Position numbers and translations under genes: made by a program
The notes under the pieces: model-generated
The model's database searches: none
The model's input: the letters and a program-made list of their open reading frames with translations, nothing else
Told to the model about the DNA's origin: nothing
Shown here: piece by piece, positions 40,801-55,800 of the stretch
Numbering within the stretch: the stretch's first letter is position 1
Layout of the letters: every line of letters starts with the position of its first letter
Assembly: GCA_964035545.1 (NCBI GenBank)
Contig: OZ037766.1
Coordinates: 8,112,722-8,176,721, forward strand
Length of the DNA stretch: 64,000 nt
Source: Bugula neritina
Lineage: Eukaryota > Animalia > Bryozoa
Reading direction: 5' to 3'

Positions 40801-43800
40801 TTCGAATTTTATTTCCTTTCAGCTATAGTATCTGATTTAGGATAAAACGACATTTTATACAAATTAAACTAATTATTTAAACAGATGTTAAGGTCGGTTC
40901 ACATTGAGAAGTTTTCATTACAAAAATGGCTATTGGAATCGGCTTTGAAGTAATGACGCTTTTGACATAAAAATGGGCATGTTAAATAGAAATAGGGGTG
41001 CTGTTGCAGCACTTGGGACTTATGCTTGCAATGAGTGCTGTGAAGAAATGTGCTTGTTTGTTGACGATTTTCAAGCTATGAGTTTTATATTTTTCTAGCG
41101 AAATAATATGTTAACAACTTCCCGTAGCTTTGCTACTGTTTATGCACCTCTATTTATTTGTACATCCTCTTATTCTAAAATTTGAATTATTTTTAGCAGC
41201 TGAAAATATATTCCAACATCATATATTTTGATATATATCACATACGTGTATGTGTATGTAACTTAACCAGTAGATGGTAATATTTTGGGATTTGTCCCAC
41301 CCTCAGATTAGAACAGAGTACCACACACTCCCAATGGAGAAAAATAATTTTTCTGTTAAAACATGTGCTATTTCAACCCAGAATACCCAAGTCACATATT
41401 CTGATACTGTGACTCTGTGCTACTTCTAGTGAAATATGCTGAGCCTGTACCCCATAGTTCTGAACATTATCAACAGCTGGAACAGCAACTATTGTTAGAG
41501 AGAAAGCAACTCTTAGGGGAAGATGAGAAAGTTAGCAATAGCGGGGAGCAGAGGCTAGTCTGTGGAGAAGCAGATGGTAGTGAAGCTTCTTTTAGTGGCT
41601 CAGACGATAGTCTGCATAAACAAGGTATCTGCAGCAGGTGCTCAGTCTGATCGCTTCCTAACAACACTGTATGCTCTGTACAAGCTGTTTTTCTTCTTTA
41701 GGTTTAGTTTATAGTTACTGGCATACCAGAAATACAATTGTTATAATTTAGCAAGCTAATAACTTCTCAGACAACCATTACCTGCTAAAACCTTGACCCA
41801 GCTAGTCTAGCCTGAGATCATACTTTGTTTAAGTTTTACTGCACTAGTTGTATTCTGGGTAAAGTATTTTCGAGTGCACTTATATGCAATGTTACCAGTG
41901 GTTTAAGCATGTTAGGTAACAACAAGTTACCATATGATATTGAGTCGAATTGCCAAGTAAATAATGTATAGTTTTGGACCTAACCAATATACTGTAATGA
42001 CAAGCAGTAACAAGCTTTTGAGTTTCTTCTATATTTTTAATTTTTAAAAATTAATTTGATAAATTAATGGATTCACTTAAAGTTCACTTATAATCAATTA
42101 GCTGTTTATACATTAAATAAGCATACTTTCCTTTAGTTTTCAAAAAAAAGTATAAAATGTATCTGTATTATTTACCCAAATTATACATTCATTAACTTTG
42201 TGTGGACATAAAGAAACAATTATTATGCTGTGAAATTTCTGTTATTTTAGTTCAAAGGTCATTGGCGAGTTCAACTCTTTCTCTCAATCAAACAATTGCT
42301 GGCTCAGGTATGTCCAAATATGCTCTTTAAGATAAACATTGTTTTGCATGTGTACTAGATATAATCCATAGAAAGCAGCACTATGTATGCAAGTGTGTTC
42401 GCATCAGTTTGGTCACGAAAATATTCTTAGATGCAGAAGTTAACACTCGGTTATGCACTGCAGATGGTGCATTAGTAGTCTCTTTTATAAAATGTAAACT
42501 GGCTGTGGCATGGATACCAAAATTCAGGACACCAAGGGAAGGCAACTACCATTTCTGCCTTGTGTGTTCGTGCTTGCGTCTGTTTTAGTGTATGTTTTGG
42601 TGTGTGTTGTGGTGTGTGTGTTGCGGTGTGTGTGTATGTTTGTTACATCATTGTTATAATGTATCTACAGAAGATGGCTTTGATGATAACTCTGAAAACA
42701 CGTCAATTGTTACTCAAGGAATGAATTCTAGGGATGAACTGGAAATATATGGTGGGTACACACTAAAGCTGCTATTTTTCTCGCTAAGTGAAACGTTTTT
42801 AAAAGTTGGGCACATTAAATATAACTGAAAAAACTTTTTCCTGCAATTTTATTGGTTTGGGATTTTTTGAAAATTATTTACCATAAGGGAAGATTCTATT
42901 TCAAATGATTCTTTATATATCAATAGTTTTCAGGCCAGAAGTCAAGAGAATATAACTCTAATGTTCATGTAACATTTCGATTGTTTTGAAAATAGCTTCC
43001 AAAGTTTAAATGAGCATTAATAAAGTAGAGTTGTTCACCATTATGGTGATACTCAATAATAATAATAATAAACCAAGGAAATGAATTTATTAAACTGCTG
43101 AAATACGTGCTGAAACATTATTGATTGCAAGCACCCATGGCTATAAAATAAAAATTTTTCTTTGAATTGAATATTCCAGAGTAAACAGCTACAGCTTTAC
43201 TGTACATAATAGTGCCATGTAAACACCACTATTGTAAGAGCTACCGTTAATAATAGGATAAATTATTTCAAAGTAGTAACTTCCATTGTGAATATGACTA
43301 GTATGCTCTATGCACTGTCTGCTTAGTTTATATTCCTGTGTGCATTAGAGAAAGTGATTACTAGGAAGCAGTTATAACAGACAACTAGCTTTCTGATACC
43401 TTCACTGGGTATATGTGCAGAGATTTCAGGAATACTGATTGAAAGAGAGGCTCTCAGCCATGTTTAACTTCCTAGATCTGTTTGTGGATAGAATGCTAGG
43501 TATTGATGTTTTGTTATCATATTAGTATTCAGATACTATGTTAGTTTGAATATACCTAAAATTCTGCTGGCTTTGCTTACTAGAGATATTTTTCTTCTAA
43601 CGTGGTAGCAATTTATTATTTTAAGCGTTAATCTTTATTGTCTATCATTTTAGAGATATTTGATTTTGACAATAGGCTATGAGATTACAATTCTGCCCTT
43701 TTTATAGCAGAAAATAGGATATAAGCATAAATAACACTACTATTCTTCATAAATTATATAGCTAAGATGACCAGACAAGACTACTTTAGCTAGAAACTTC

Positions 43801-46800
43801 TTTTATAACTTTATTGCAGTTACTATTTCTTTATCCATTGGAACAACGTAAAGCTGTATCTTCTCTTAGAAACAAATTGAACCGATTCTACCACTATATC
43901 ACCATGACTACTTTTCTAAAGGATTTATGTGCACTGAAGTTATTAGGACTATCAATCTAATTCATAGACCTCTTCTAATCACAAGATTGAATAGATAAAG
44001 AATTATAATTGTTACTTGTAAAATATTTGATCGGTAAAGACTATAGAACAATAGTAATATCGGTCATAAATAAAATATTTTGTTGTTGTAAAAATTGTAA
44101 TTTTGTGGTTAAACTTTGCAGTTAACTTGAGTCAATTTGTATTTTCTGATATATAATTATGAATTAGCAACAGTTTGCAACATATTTACTTTACGCACAT
44201 AGTTATAATGATAATCAACAGTTTTTGGAAATTGGAGTGGAAAAAAACTATTCAGTATGATTGGTCAATTTCACAGCACTTTTTGCTCTTGGAATTAACA
44301 TTTACTTGAAATTGCCCTCAACCCTTGGCTTGGCCACCCAGTGGTACTCTTTTAACAAGTTATATTCTTCCTTGATTAGTATACAGAATATAGCTCCTGG
44401 CAGCAAATTGTTTATGCTCACAGGCCGAGTTCTCCACATTGAGAAATCTCATCTAGCTGTGGGCCTGTGGCTGTTTCAATATCAATGTGTATAAATTATG
44501 TACTCAGGTGTATAGATGTAGTCATTTGCTATAACAAAGTGGGTGATGCCAGTATCTATTATTAGTTTCTATCTTGGATATTTTATTTCAATGTCTTTTC
44601 TTTTCTCCGTGGTTGACTCTTTGTTAGCCAGTGCACCTATTACCATTATCCAATAAAATATTGTTAATCACAACTTATAGGTCTCACTGAATACCTGAGT
44701 TTAGTTATTGTTTTTGTTCAATAAATTAGTCAATAATTTGTGCTCTGCCATGTAAAACATTATTGGGCTTTTTGCATGTGTAATTACCAATTTGTAAAGC
44801 TATACATTGGATTTATAATCATCTTTAGACTACACACGAAAGGTAAGTTGAGCAGCTAAGATGTTCATTCTCAGAATTTATAAGTTTTCATTTTAAATAC
44901 ATGAAACTTGCCTTTTATAAAATCATGATGCAGCAAATTTGTTTTAATAAAGTCAAGTAAGTTTAAATAGTTTTTCAATTTATATTTACTATAGTTTAAC
45001 AAATGGCTGTAGGTTTTCAGTTTCCAATTAACTGTCGATTGCTGTGTTTACAGATTCACGTGATCTACAAAATGGATTTCATCAGATGATGAATGGTGAT
45101 CAGGCTGAACCTTCTATTAGATCTAAAACACCACCGGGTCCAGGTCCATGCGTTCCTGCTATGTTTACTATTAATCAGCTCAAGAGAAAGTTTGATAGTG
45201 TTGACAATATAATGGATCGCATTGATGCCGGAATATCCACTCTACGCAAGATTGAGGTTTGTATACTGATATAGGCTACTGTTACACAAACATTTGACCG
45301 CTGGCAAAGTTCAACCTAGTTTAATGTTGATAAGTTTTTGAAAGTCTGTTTTAATAATAAGAAGTTTTTAGGTTAAATTTTCTTAAAACTCTTGGAACCT
45401 GTCATTCTTGCATAGTTTCCATCTTTACATACACTATGTTATATGTTATATCATTGGGGATCAACAGCCTATAGCATAGTTTATGATCTAAAAACATAAA
45501 TAATACGTTATTCTGAACTGACTGTAAGATATGATAATTTTGTGATTGTTTGCTCTGGCCAACTTTTCAATAATTCAAGCATATTTATAAGTTTTTCAAT
45601 TATTGTTACTTCTCATTGATATTTATCTGTAAAATAAACCCAAAACTCTAGCTAAATACTGGAAATCTAGACTAAATGAGTATTTACCTTTTGGGCTTAA
45701 TCATATACTCACACTTACCTGCAATACATTAAGTAATGACTGTGCTGGTCATTTTGTTAGATGCCTGTCAAAGAGGCACCTGCTGAGCCTGCCGATGTGT
45801 CAAATGGTAAAGACAGCGTTGAAGTTGCACAGATACAGGAGGAGAGAACTCCTCATTCAGGAGGTATACTTCTATATTGTATCATTTGTTACAGGGTAGC
45901 CCATTGAAATATAACCCAGTTTTAATTCAGTAAAACAGCCTGCATACTTATGAGGTGTTGATTGTTGGAACCTGGTGTTAACCAATAATATAAGTACATG
46001 TTTATTTATGTATACTGGGTTTTAAGTACAAAGTTGTAGTACAGTCCTAACACAACTATTAGTACTTTTCTATTATTCCCTTGGTAGTTAATAACAGGCA
46101 TCAGTGTTGTTAATTACTGCTAATTGCTCCCATTTGAATATTGCTACAAGCTACTACTTCATTTTAATTGCTGAGTTTCCTCCATTCTATCACCTGGTAT
46201 CTGAGCTGTTATTCTTTATATTCAACTTCACAAATGAATAATTAAGCGGTAATCTAACTTTTTAATACAGCCCCTAACTTGGTTTAAATTTAAAAATTCT
46301 ACAGAATTCTCAAGTTCTATCCAGCTGTACTGTATCCTAAAACGATATATACTAAAGAGTGAATCCAATGCTATTAAACTTTCCTAGTCTTGACCATTAT
46401 TACAAATTAGTTCATATAAAGTTTAAATACAATCGGAGATATTAATGTTTAAACTGAAGTCACTTTTTATAGCAGTTGATTATTTGTATGGCATCATTTA
46501 TAATGTTATATTATTTATTCTTAATAGTTATTGTTACAAGCATATTAGGTTGAAGAAATAAGGTAGCTTGAAGAAGATAACTCTAAATTTGCTTTATTAG
46601 TTCAGCTTGAATCTTGATGTTGGGATAGTCATTAGCTTTTGGATTTTATAGGATGACAATGGGCCACTTGACTTGAATAAATAAGTATAATAATATGCTC
46701 AAGTCTCCAAAAGGAATTCTTAGATTTTAACTTTGCACTTTTTTAGATTTCGAACTGAAAAGTAATGTATCAAGAATTTTATGTAGCCATTAATTAATAG

Positions 46801-49800
46801 ATTAAAACTAAATTGCAAGCATTTTCACCCATTGCTGATTAATAATTCCACCAGAAGTGTAGAATAGTAATTTATTTTGAAAACTGACTCAATTAGCAAT
46901 GAAATGGAGTATGATTTCTATAAGGGGCATCAATTGCTATTAATATTTCATTATAAGTTAATAGAGTATTGTACACCATAAAATTAAATTTATTATACAA
47001 AGTTAAAATAATGAAATCAGTGAAAACAATAAAAAACTAAATTACACCTGCGTGGAAGTTTTAAACTAAAAAGTTCAATTGCATCTCTCCATTGTAAATA
47101 TAGTAAAGCACTGGATATAACCATGTTTTTCACTTTCGGTTTTAAGCTCTGTATTTTATTGAAGATCACCATTACGGTGTTACAAAGAACTTATGATTTC
47201 AAAAAGTTTCTGGTTTCTGCCAAAGTTATTAAATATGTAGAGTTTAGCACTAATTTTGCAATCATTTGTCACCAAATTTAAACTTTACATTATAGATGAT
47301 GTTATTAGAAGTTGTCTCCACAGCAATATTGTTCTGCAAGGAAAAACAACTTTATAATTTGGGTTGACTAATAACTTACATATCTTGCACTACCTATATT
47401 TAAATGTAAATAATTTGATGGCTCCACATGAATTTTATTTAAAACATACATTTATAATGTAATTATGTCAAGATCTTTTTGCAACTATCTCGTTGTTTAT
47501 TTTTCTTCATAAATCAATTACCAGCATAAGTTATATTGCCATCACGTCTGCTTTACTATTTGACCAGCTTAAAGTAAGTGTGTTCTGTAATCTCAATTGC
47601 TCATTGCATTTTGCTAACTTTGGTGTTGTCTTACCTTGATAGATACAATCAATCCCATGACTGCCAAGGCTTACTCCAAATCTACTCCAAATTTGGACTC
47701 ATGGAAATCAGCCTTAGATACACAGAGTTATAAGAAGTTAGACGTGGCAACAGAACAGGCTGAGCTAGGGACACAAGATGATACTAATATCTCAGAAGAT
47801 GAGGTCATAGATTCCGCTGCCGATGCTGTGGATGAGGAGGACGATGATGACTTCTGCAGTCTATCAGGTTCATTATATGGTCGAGATTTGTATATTATCT
47901 AGATAATGTGTTTACTACCAGGCCAACCTCAAAACGGAAGGTTTACTAAGAACTCACTCTACACAGATTATCCCTCAAGTCTGTATAATCTAATATATGC
48001 TTGTATTCCATCTAGCTCTAATTAAATTTATCGTAGAAACACAGTATTTTCTGTTTATCTGATGAATAAAATAGCATGACCAGTATATCAATAAGGTTGG
48101 CCCAGTAGTGTACCAAATAAAATTTCCAATCTAGTTGGTGTTGCAAGGGTTCAAACCTCACTGTTGGCTTGTTATTCTTTTTATCACCTAATTTACTTCT
48201 TAAAATAATGTTGCAATATTTTAGTGGTAAAGGTAACTGCCTAATTGCTTCAAGAGTGGCATATTGAGTTTGTAATGAATGGAATTTAGAATTTTCATTA
48301 AAGTATTGCCATAGCTGGTTAGCTGAATGGAACTCATTTCACAATGGGAGTTTGGTTCTTATTCTTAATTGGGCTGATTCATCTCCAATAATTGATTTTT
48401 TTGACAATGATGTGGGAAATAATCACTTTGGAGTTATCTGTTCATTTTAGTAGTTTGTGCCAGAGTTTCCTAGCTGATTTACTTTAACTTTATTATAAGT
48501 TACATTAGGAAACTAAAAGTGAATACTAAAAGTTTTTACACTACTAAGAGAATGTTCTAGTTAAGTTAATCCTGAACAACTGTAAAATTTTGAGTTTAAT
48601 ATTTGAGGCTCAAAGTATATGGTATTTGAATTATTAGCCTATCTTCCAAGCTGACTATCTTCCTTAGTTTGGTACATTCAGGTAGAGCCCTTAAAAAGCA
48701 TATTAGTAACTAACATTATGCTATCAAACAAAACTATTTAATAACATGGTGCTATTTTGCTCAAAGTTATAATAAACTTGAAACATTCCGCTGGATCCTG
48801 AGGGTGAAATCAAGTAAAAAGTTTCAATATTTACCCAAGAGTTCCTATTAATTTAAGCTGAGTCCTAAATCAACATCATTATGTATTGTTAAATTAAGCG
48901 TCAGTTCATTTACATGCTTTGACAGTTGAAAATAATGCTAAAATTAGAATAATATTTTATAGCATTCATTAAGACGCACTAAGGGGCCCTAATATTCCAG
49001 ACCCTATTCACACAACTATGCCCTTCATATCTCATAGTTTCATTATAGCGCATATCTGTAGTTTTTGTTTCCCATTGTTTAAATCCTTAGAATTAAAATA
49101 ATTGGGTATTGGGACCATTGATATACTGTTTTATTTACTTGAATGAACCTCTACAAGCAATATAGATTATCTCTAAAGGTCCACCCTCCGATATACCTTT
49201 TGCTGCTCAATATAACAAGCTAATGCTTTGTGAGGCAGAAACTAATCGTAGCGTCTAGTCAATTCATTAGGCACAATTAGTACGGAGCAATGAGCTGCTG
49301 CTCTTTGTGATTGTCCATTATCGGCTAGGGAGAGTCATTGGTTACGGGTTTGTAAAATTTACACCTCGGCTTTTTATCTACGGAGTTCGTAAGACAATGA
49401 GTGTGCGGCTCTGATCTGTCAACAATCTTAATCTGAGCAAATAACATCATTAACAGGCACTTCTGTTTGACTTTTGTTGTGGTTTCGTATATCAACTTGG
49501 AAGTACCTCACAGTGTGATGTCATGCCTCGCTGGGGACAGAAGGTGAAACATCAAGGCAAGGGTTTTCTGTTTACAGGGGGAGATAATCACAGTGATTTG
49601 GACTCGGATGCTGCTAATGCTACTGACGCTAAGTTCTCAGAGATTCTTTGGAACAAGCAGAGCAGTCTAGGTGAGTTTTCAATAATATTTCTGTTGGGTA
49701 CTATACAAAATGTAAACTTATAAGTCTAGTATCAGCGCTACTATAGTTATAGCTTTTAGTGATAATTGTAATTGTGGAAAGATGATATTTAACTGTCCAT

Positions 49801-52800
49801 TCTCAATGTAAGACGGACTTACTTTGTAGTTGCTATATAAAAGTCTCTCCAAGAGCAATTAAAATGTTTCAAATCACAATAATATGCAGATAATGAAATA
49901 CCAGTTTGTAGGCTTCCAATCTTTAATGTTTGCTTTGCTTTATTAAACTTATGGTATAGATTGCAATTATTTTCGCTGAAGGAGCTGTATTAACAGTATC
50001 TCATTAGCTGGTAGTTGATAGGTCATCAATACATCTAGGAAGCCATCTGCTTTCAACAGTCAACTTTGCTTCTTGCCTTATTGTTTTGACTTTATGTCAT
50101 CCTAGTCTATTCTTTTGGCTTTAAACTTGGCTAATCGCAACCTTTTAACCTCTCTTGGGAGTATTCAGTATTGTTTGCTGTAAGTTTGAGTTATAGAACA
50201 AAATGAATAAATATTGCAGATACATTTTTACTTGCATTAGCATTGTTTGAAGCTGGTTCTGTAAATTTATCTTATACTAATTTTTATGTTGTAAAGGCTG
50301 TTGCTTTAAGCCTGGCTGGCCCATAGCATTATGGCACCACCTAGCCTAGTTTCCAGTAAGCTTGAGCAAAGATTTTTAGCTTGTGGTACAATTACAGATA
50401 ACTCCTACACCATGATGTGTTTTACATTATATTCCACTAATTCATTCATAGTTTACTACTTCATTAAATATATTTGAAAATTTATTGATTGTGCTGCATA
50501 CAGTTTGAAATATTAAAAATTAATTGATAAAAGTCATTTAAGCTTATCAAAGTTATGATATAAAAGTGAGGCTTCTTGGCAGTGGCCTGTAAAATTTAAA
50601 CATTATTATTGTAATTAAATTTGCTATTAAAACTAATACAATAATGCCAAAAGCTGTACATTATATTATAATGCTTGCATGCTGTTGGCAAGCAGTTTTC
50701 AATAATCCATGACTACCAGTCACTATAATGATTAAGTATACTTCATATCTTAACACTAGTAAGCTGTAAACTCCTTTAATAAGCTAAGCAGATCAAAGAT
50801 GTAAGTCTTAATTCCAAATATTGATCTTAGAGCCTTTTGCAGTTGAATTGAGATAATTTCAGCATTGCTGCATTGCAGACTGGTTGTACTAGCACCTAGT
50901 GGCAACTAGCTTTCACGGAGTTGAGTCAAGCTTTACTTCATTTGCTGCAATTTCCTTTATTTGTTTGGCTTTTCTGATAGAGCCTTGAGCCTATATACAC
51001 AATGTTGGTTGGGTGATTTTATAATTTAATAAAACCTAGTGAGTTTATATTATGAACTTTTATATTTATCAGACGCTCTTTGAGGTATTTTATAACTTTA
51101 GATTGAAAGGTATTGAGTAATAATAAGGGTACTTAAGTATGCTCTGTTTCGTGAATAGTTCCAACTTGACTCTTAAAGAAAGAATATTCATAATTGTAGA
51201 TCTTTACATAAATTTAATTAAAATATTAAGTTTTCATTATAAATTTAATTAATGTTCAGATATTTATTTATTGGAAGCACTTTGAACTCTCGTGTCATCT
51301 TGACTTCTAACAGCCATGCAATAATAATTTCGTCTACATTGTAAAGTAGTTGAAGGGTGCTTGGGTTGTGCCAGTGGCTCGCATTTACGAGTATTACAAG
51401 TATTATGGTTCTCATGCACCTGCGCAGGCCATTGTTCAATGAAATTTAAAAAATATTTTAATAATTCTTTGGCGTTGCAGTTTGCTTTTATAAAAAACTA
51501 ATATTAAGCACTCAGGGCTCTGTAACTCGACTCCTCTTTCAATTAATTAGAATAGGGCTTTAGTGAAGCTAAACATTATTGTCATGTAAGATTTGTTATG
51601 CTGGCAGCTGCCTGAAGAAATGCTCTTTTGTTATTCCTCTAATGGGCAACTGCACCGTGTACAATTAAATTCTAATTGAGGCAGTTTGAATGTCAACTCT
51701 GTTAATTATTAAGTCAGTCACAGCATATTTCCTCTCAAACTCCAAGGATGCCAGCAATCTACAGCTTTTCAACACTAAACTACATGATGTGTGCCATGTT
51801 TCTTAATCTAACTTAAGTTATTTAGTATGACCTTATTATATATAGATCCACCATTAAATTGCACACCTAGCAAGACCCCACTGTTCAAAACTACTATGTT
51901 TAGGTGGTTAGTTTTGTACATCTATGTAAGATAGATTAGTAAATATATTATTATGACTGCAGTTAATATTGTGTAGTTTATTTCTATCTTGCATAAAATT
52001 TGATCAATGTATGATCATAAAATTTGATCATTTTATGTATGTCTTACGTTTGTACAATGTATAGACTTAGAACTGCTCTTTCTGTTGTTAGGAGACCCTC
52101 GGGTTTTTACCCTCAAACAGCAAGATAACGGAGCAGAAACTGACTCTATTCGAACTGAAGACTTTGAAACAACTTTTCAAAAATCTCTTCCTGCAGGTAC
52201 AGCAAAATAGTAAAGCTATATGAAAAGTTTGTAGGCAGGGTAGAATCTAAAAATAGATCTAAGTTTATAGTGATGGTGGCAGAGTGAGATAAAGAGACTT
52301 TCTTAAAATGAAACATACCAAACTATACAAGCTGCTGTTTAATTTTTGTCAATTTTTGTTTCTCCTCTTAATTTCTTACTTGTTTTGAATATGTGAAAAC
52401 TGCAAATTGTTACGAAATACTCAGGTTTTGACTATGTTATTTGTTAGCAAAATTTCATCTATTTATTAAATAATATGTTGCCTGTTTTATAATATCTCTG
52501 AAACAGAATGTGACCAGAATTTGTAATGTGACTACAAATTGTACCAGATTTAACCTTTTCAGCTTTTGCTTCCAAATTTAAAATTGCAGTTTTTCTTCTC
52601 AGCCCATTACAGTTTTAGCTTGTAACTTTAGCACCAGAGTCCTTGTTATTTTACTTTGTTAACTTCTTGTTTTGATCTATCTAATAGTAGTTCGGCTTTC
52701 TGTCCAGATGGTTTATTTATAACACAGTATGTGAGCTGAGTTATAACTATAAACTCAATAGCCTTAGAACCTATGACGACTCTCTCACCTGTAGCTAGCC

Positions 52801-55800
52801 TAGGATACTGTCCTCTGTTCATTATTACTACTACTGAGTAGACAAAGTTTATTTTCAGCTCATTTAAATCTGGTTTAAAGAAATGTCATGCAAGCTCTCA
52901 TTTTTTGTGGCCTTGGAGTTGCATTTTTTATATCTTTCTACTGGTAAAGGGTTTTTTCTACCCTTACCCACATTTCACACTGATTTTAGCATATTGTAGA
53001 CATGCTGTATTCTTATTTAATGGCATGCTTCACAGCTAAAGCTATTTAAATTAGATGCAGCCTTCTTTTTATACTAATTGCTAAGTTTGTCCTGTTGACT
53101 TTGAATGTTTACTCTAGCCTATAATACAAGATAGTTGTAATTGCTTTTAAACTTGATACATTATGTTGATATAGATTTATAATTTAGGATCAAATTCCAT
53201 GTGCTTGGCGTTGCCTAAGTATGTTTGTTAACCTGATTTATGCAGGAATGCTTTTATACTGCTGCTGTAGTACTCTTGAGCAAATAGTACAGTAGTATGT
53301 AGTGGAAGATTTCACTGAATTTTGCCGCAAAGTTTTTTGAAAATCTTGAATTTATTCAATTTCTACCATGAAAATGCCAAAACTGTGTAATTCTGGAAAT
53401 AGAAACCAACTTTTTATGTTTTAATAGGTTTGTTGTAGGATATGAATGTTTCACAACTTTATTTACGTTATTGTACGTCTAGACGGAAAACTTTTAAAGC
53501 AGACTAAAACTAAACCTTTCAAAGCAATATGTAACTAACTTGTTCTTATATTATACGTTTTTTTGAATTTTTCATTTTTGAATTTTTTATAGATTATAGC
53601 CTAAAGACTTACCATTCACAATCTTTAGCTGGAGAGTCTACAGACACGCCCCTTACTGAAGACTTTGAGGATCGGTTTAGATCAACTTTAAAGCATACTG
53701 ATTCTACAAGTGAGTCTTATAGACTCCCAGCAGCTCCAGGATTTAGTGGTATACCAGTGAGAACTGCACCAGGGTCTAGGGCTACCCCTGTGAACAGAAG
53801 GTATCCTACATCAACTAGTAGACACACGCCCCCTCCTCTTAAACGTACAGGTCCAAAGAACTTAGGTTATACAGGTAACTTCTAACCCTTAAGTAATGCA
53901 TACATACAGGAAGTATGCTGTTTGCTCTGTTATATTCTATTGCAAGAACTTACTGTGACTTAGCCATGGTGCCTGCTGTCATCTTCAAGCAATTTCCTTA
54001 GTAAACATGTCATAGTAGTAGAGCTGGTTTATACTTTGTCAACTTATATGGGGATTACTACATCAAACCTGTGGATTGTTGTTAGTTTGTGTAATTGCTG
54101 TGATGGGTTGGTTAGCATAATTAGCATCATATATGAACTTCTATGAAGCTATTTTTTAAGATATGTTATCCTCTCTTGCCAGAATCTCTCTTTTAAAGTC
54201 ACTGAATGGTTTCCATACTAACATAGCTGTTATTGCCTGATCACCATTTTTACACTCATCAGTTTGGTAAATACATTTCTTTACAAGACTGGCGTAATTT
54301 CTCAAAAAAGCCCCTTATTCCTATTGGTTACACAAACTTTTCTCAGCGAGGAAAGGTTAAAACTTTGCAGCTCGGTGATTTTGGTTTTTGATGGTGGGTT
54401 TCAACAAAATTTGTAATTTTATTGAAATATTTTAATTTGCACAGGCCTTTACATACTTGAAGTATTCACATACACAGAACTTTACATATTATGGGCTGAT
54501 TGAAGTAGTCACACCACTTTAGTTTGCAGGTTCATTAATTGTCCCTAGTTTTGGTTTCAGGCATCGCTGCCAGCAAATTAGCAGACGACAACCAGATCGC
54601 TGACACATTTGATGAGCTGAGTGACCTTGAACCTGACGGGTATCAGAGGATGAGGCCAACCAGCCCGCACCACGCAGCACCTATCGTCTCTAATGGGTAT
54701 GCAACAATAGACAAGATTAGCAATACTCATTTTCAGCTAACTTAAATAGGCTGTTACTAATTTTTTCTGTATTGTATAAGATTGTGGAATCTGCTTCAGG
54801 CTGGTCTAAATTTGTTAAAATTTAAGAAAGTTTTTAGCAACTACTTTCAATATTTTGCAGTATTACTCACCAGTGAAGACTGCTTTGTATCTAATACTAT
54901 TCATGCCAGTGTGTGTCAGCTGCTAAATTGTCGCTCTGTTGGCAGGTGTTATGAGGCTGACTCTGAGTCAGAAGATGGTGACTTTGCTCAGCAGATTCGA
55001 GAACAAAGCAGCAGGATACAAAAGGAAATAGAGTTGGAGCGTAGACTAAAAACCCGACAAGCACAGCGGGTGGCTAATCAATCTGTCCCTATCACTGACT
55101 CGGCTGGATCAGGGCGCTCAGGCTACAACTCTGTTGACTCACGTCACCATACACAGCCTCGTTATAGAGGAAGTGGCAGTTTCACTCATCTATCCTCAGC
55201 TCAAGGACTCCATGCATTCCATTCATACAGCGCCAGCACCCCGGACATGACTAACCTGTTCACTGCTCAACAAGTAATTCTATTTGCTATACATTTACTT
55301 TCTGTACAGTTGAGTAATCTAAATTTCAAATTATTTATACATTACTGTGAACTTTTCTCAAAACAACATTTAGCTAAAAGTCTTATAACAACTACCCTGA
55401 GTGTTTTTAGTTTCAAGTTGGTTTTTTTAATTGTAGGCATCAAGTTTGATGAAATCACAAATGGAAGAGGATTCAAACACCATAAAGAGATTAAATAGTG
55501 ATAGAATGGTGAGAGAATATTTGTATCTTGTATACCTAACCGACTTTCAACTACTCCATGGATATAATATGTTGGCAGGGTGTTTGCTGCTCTGTGCTCA
55601 CTGGATTATTCTATCTAGTTTCTTTGTCTGTAAATCTGAAAGGTTTCTGAAATTAAAACATGTTGAAAGTCTTCTAGCATATTACTAAAAGTTGAGATTC
55701 ATTTAATCTATTATAAAGATACATACAGTATATTAGAAAAGCAACATTCACATTATATGAGGGCAAAAATGGTTTATTCCTGCATTATGTAAAACTAAAT

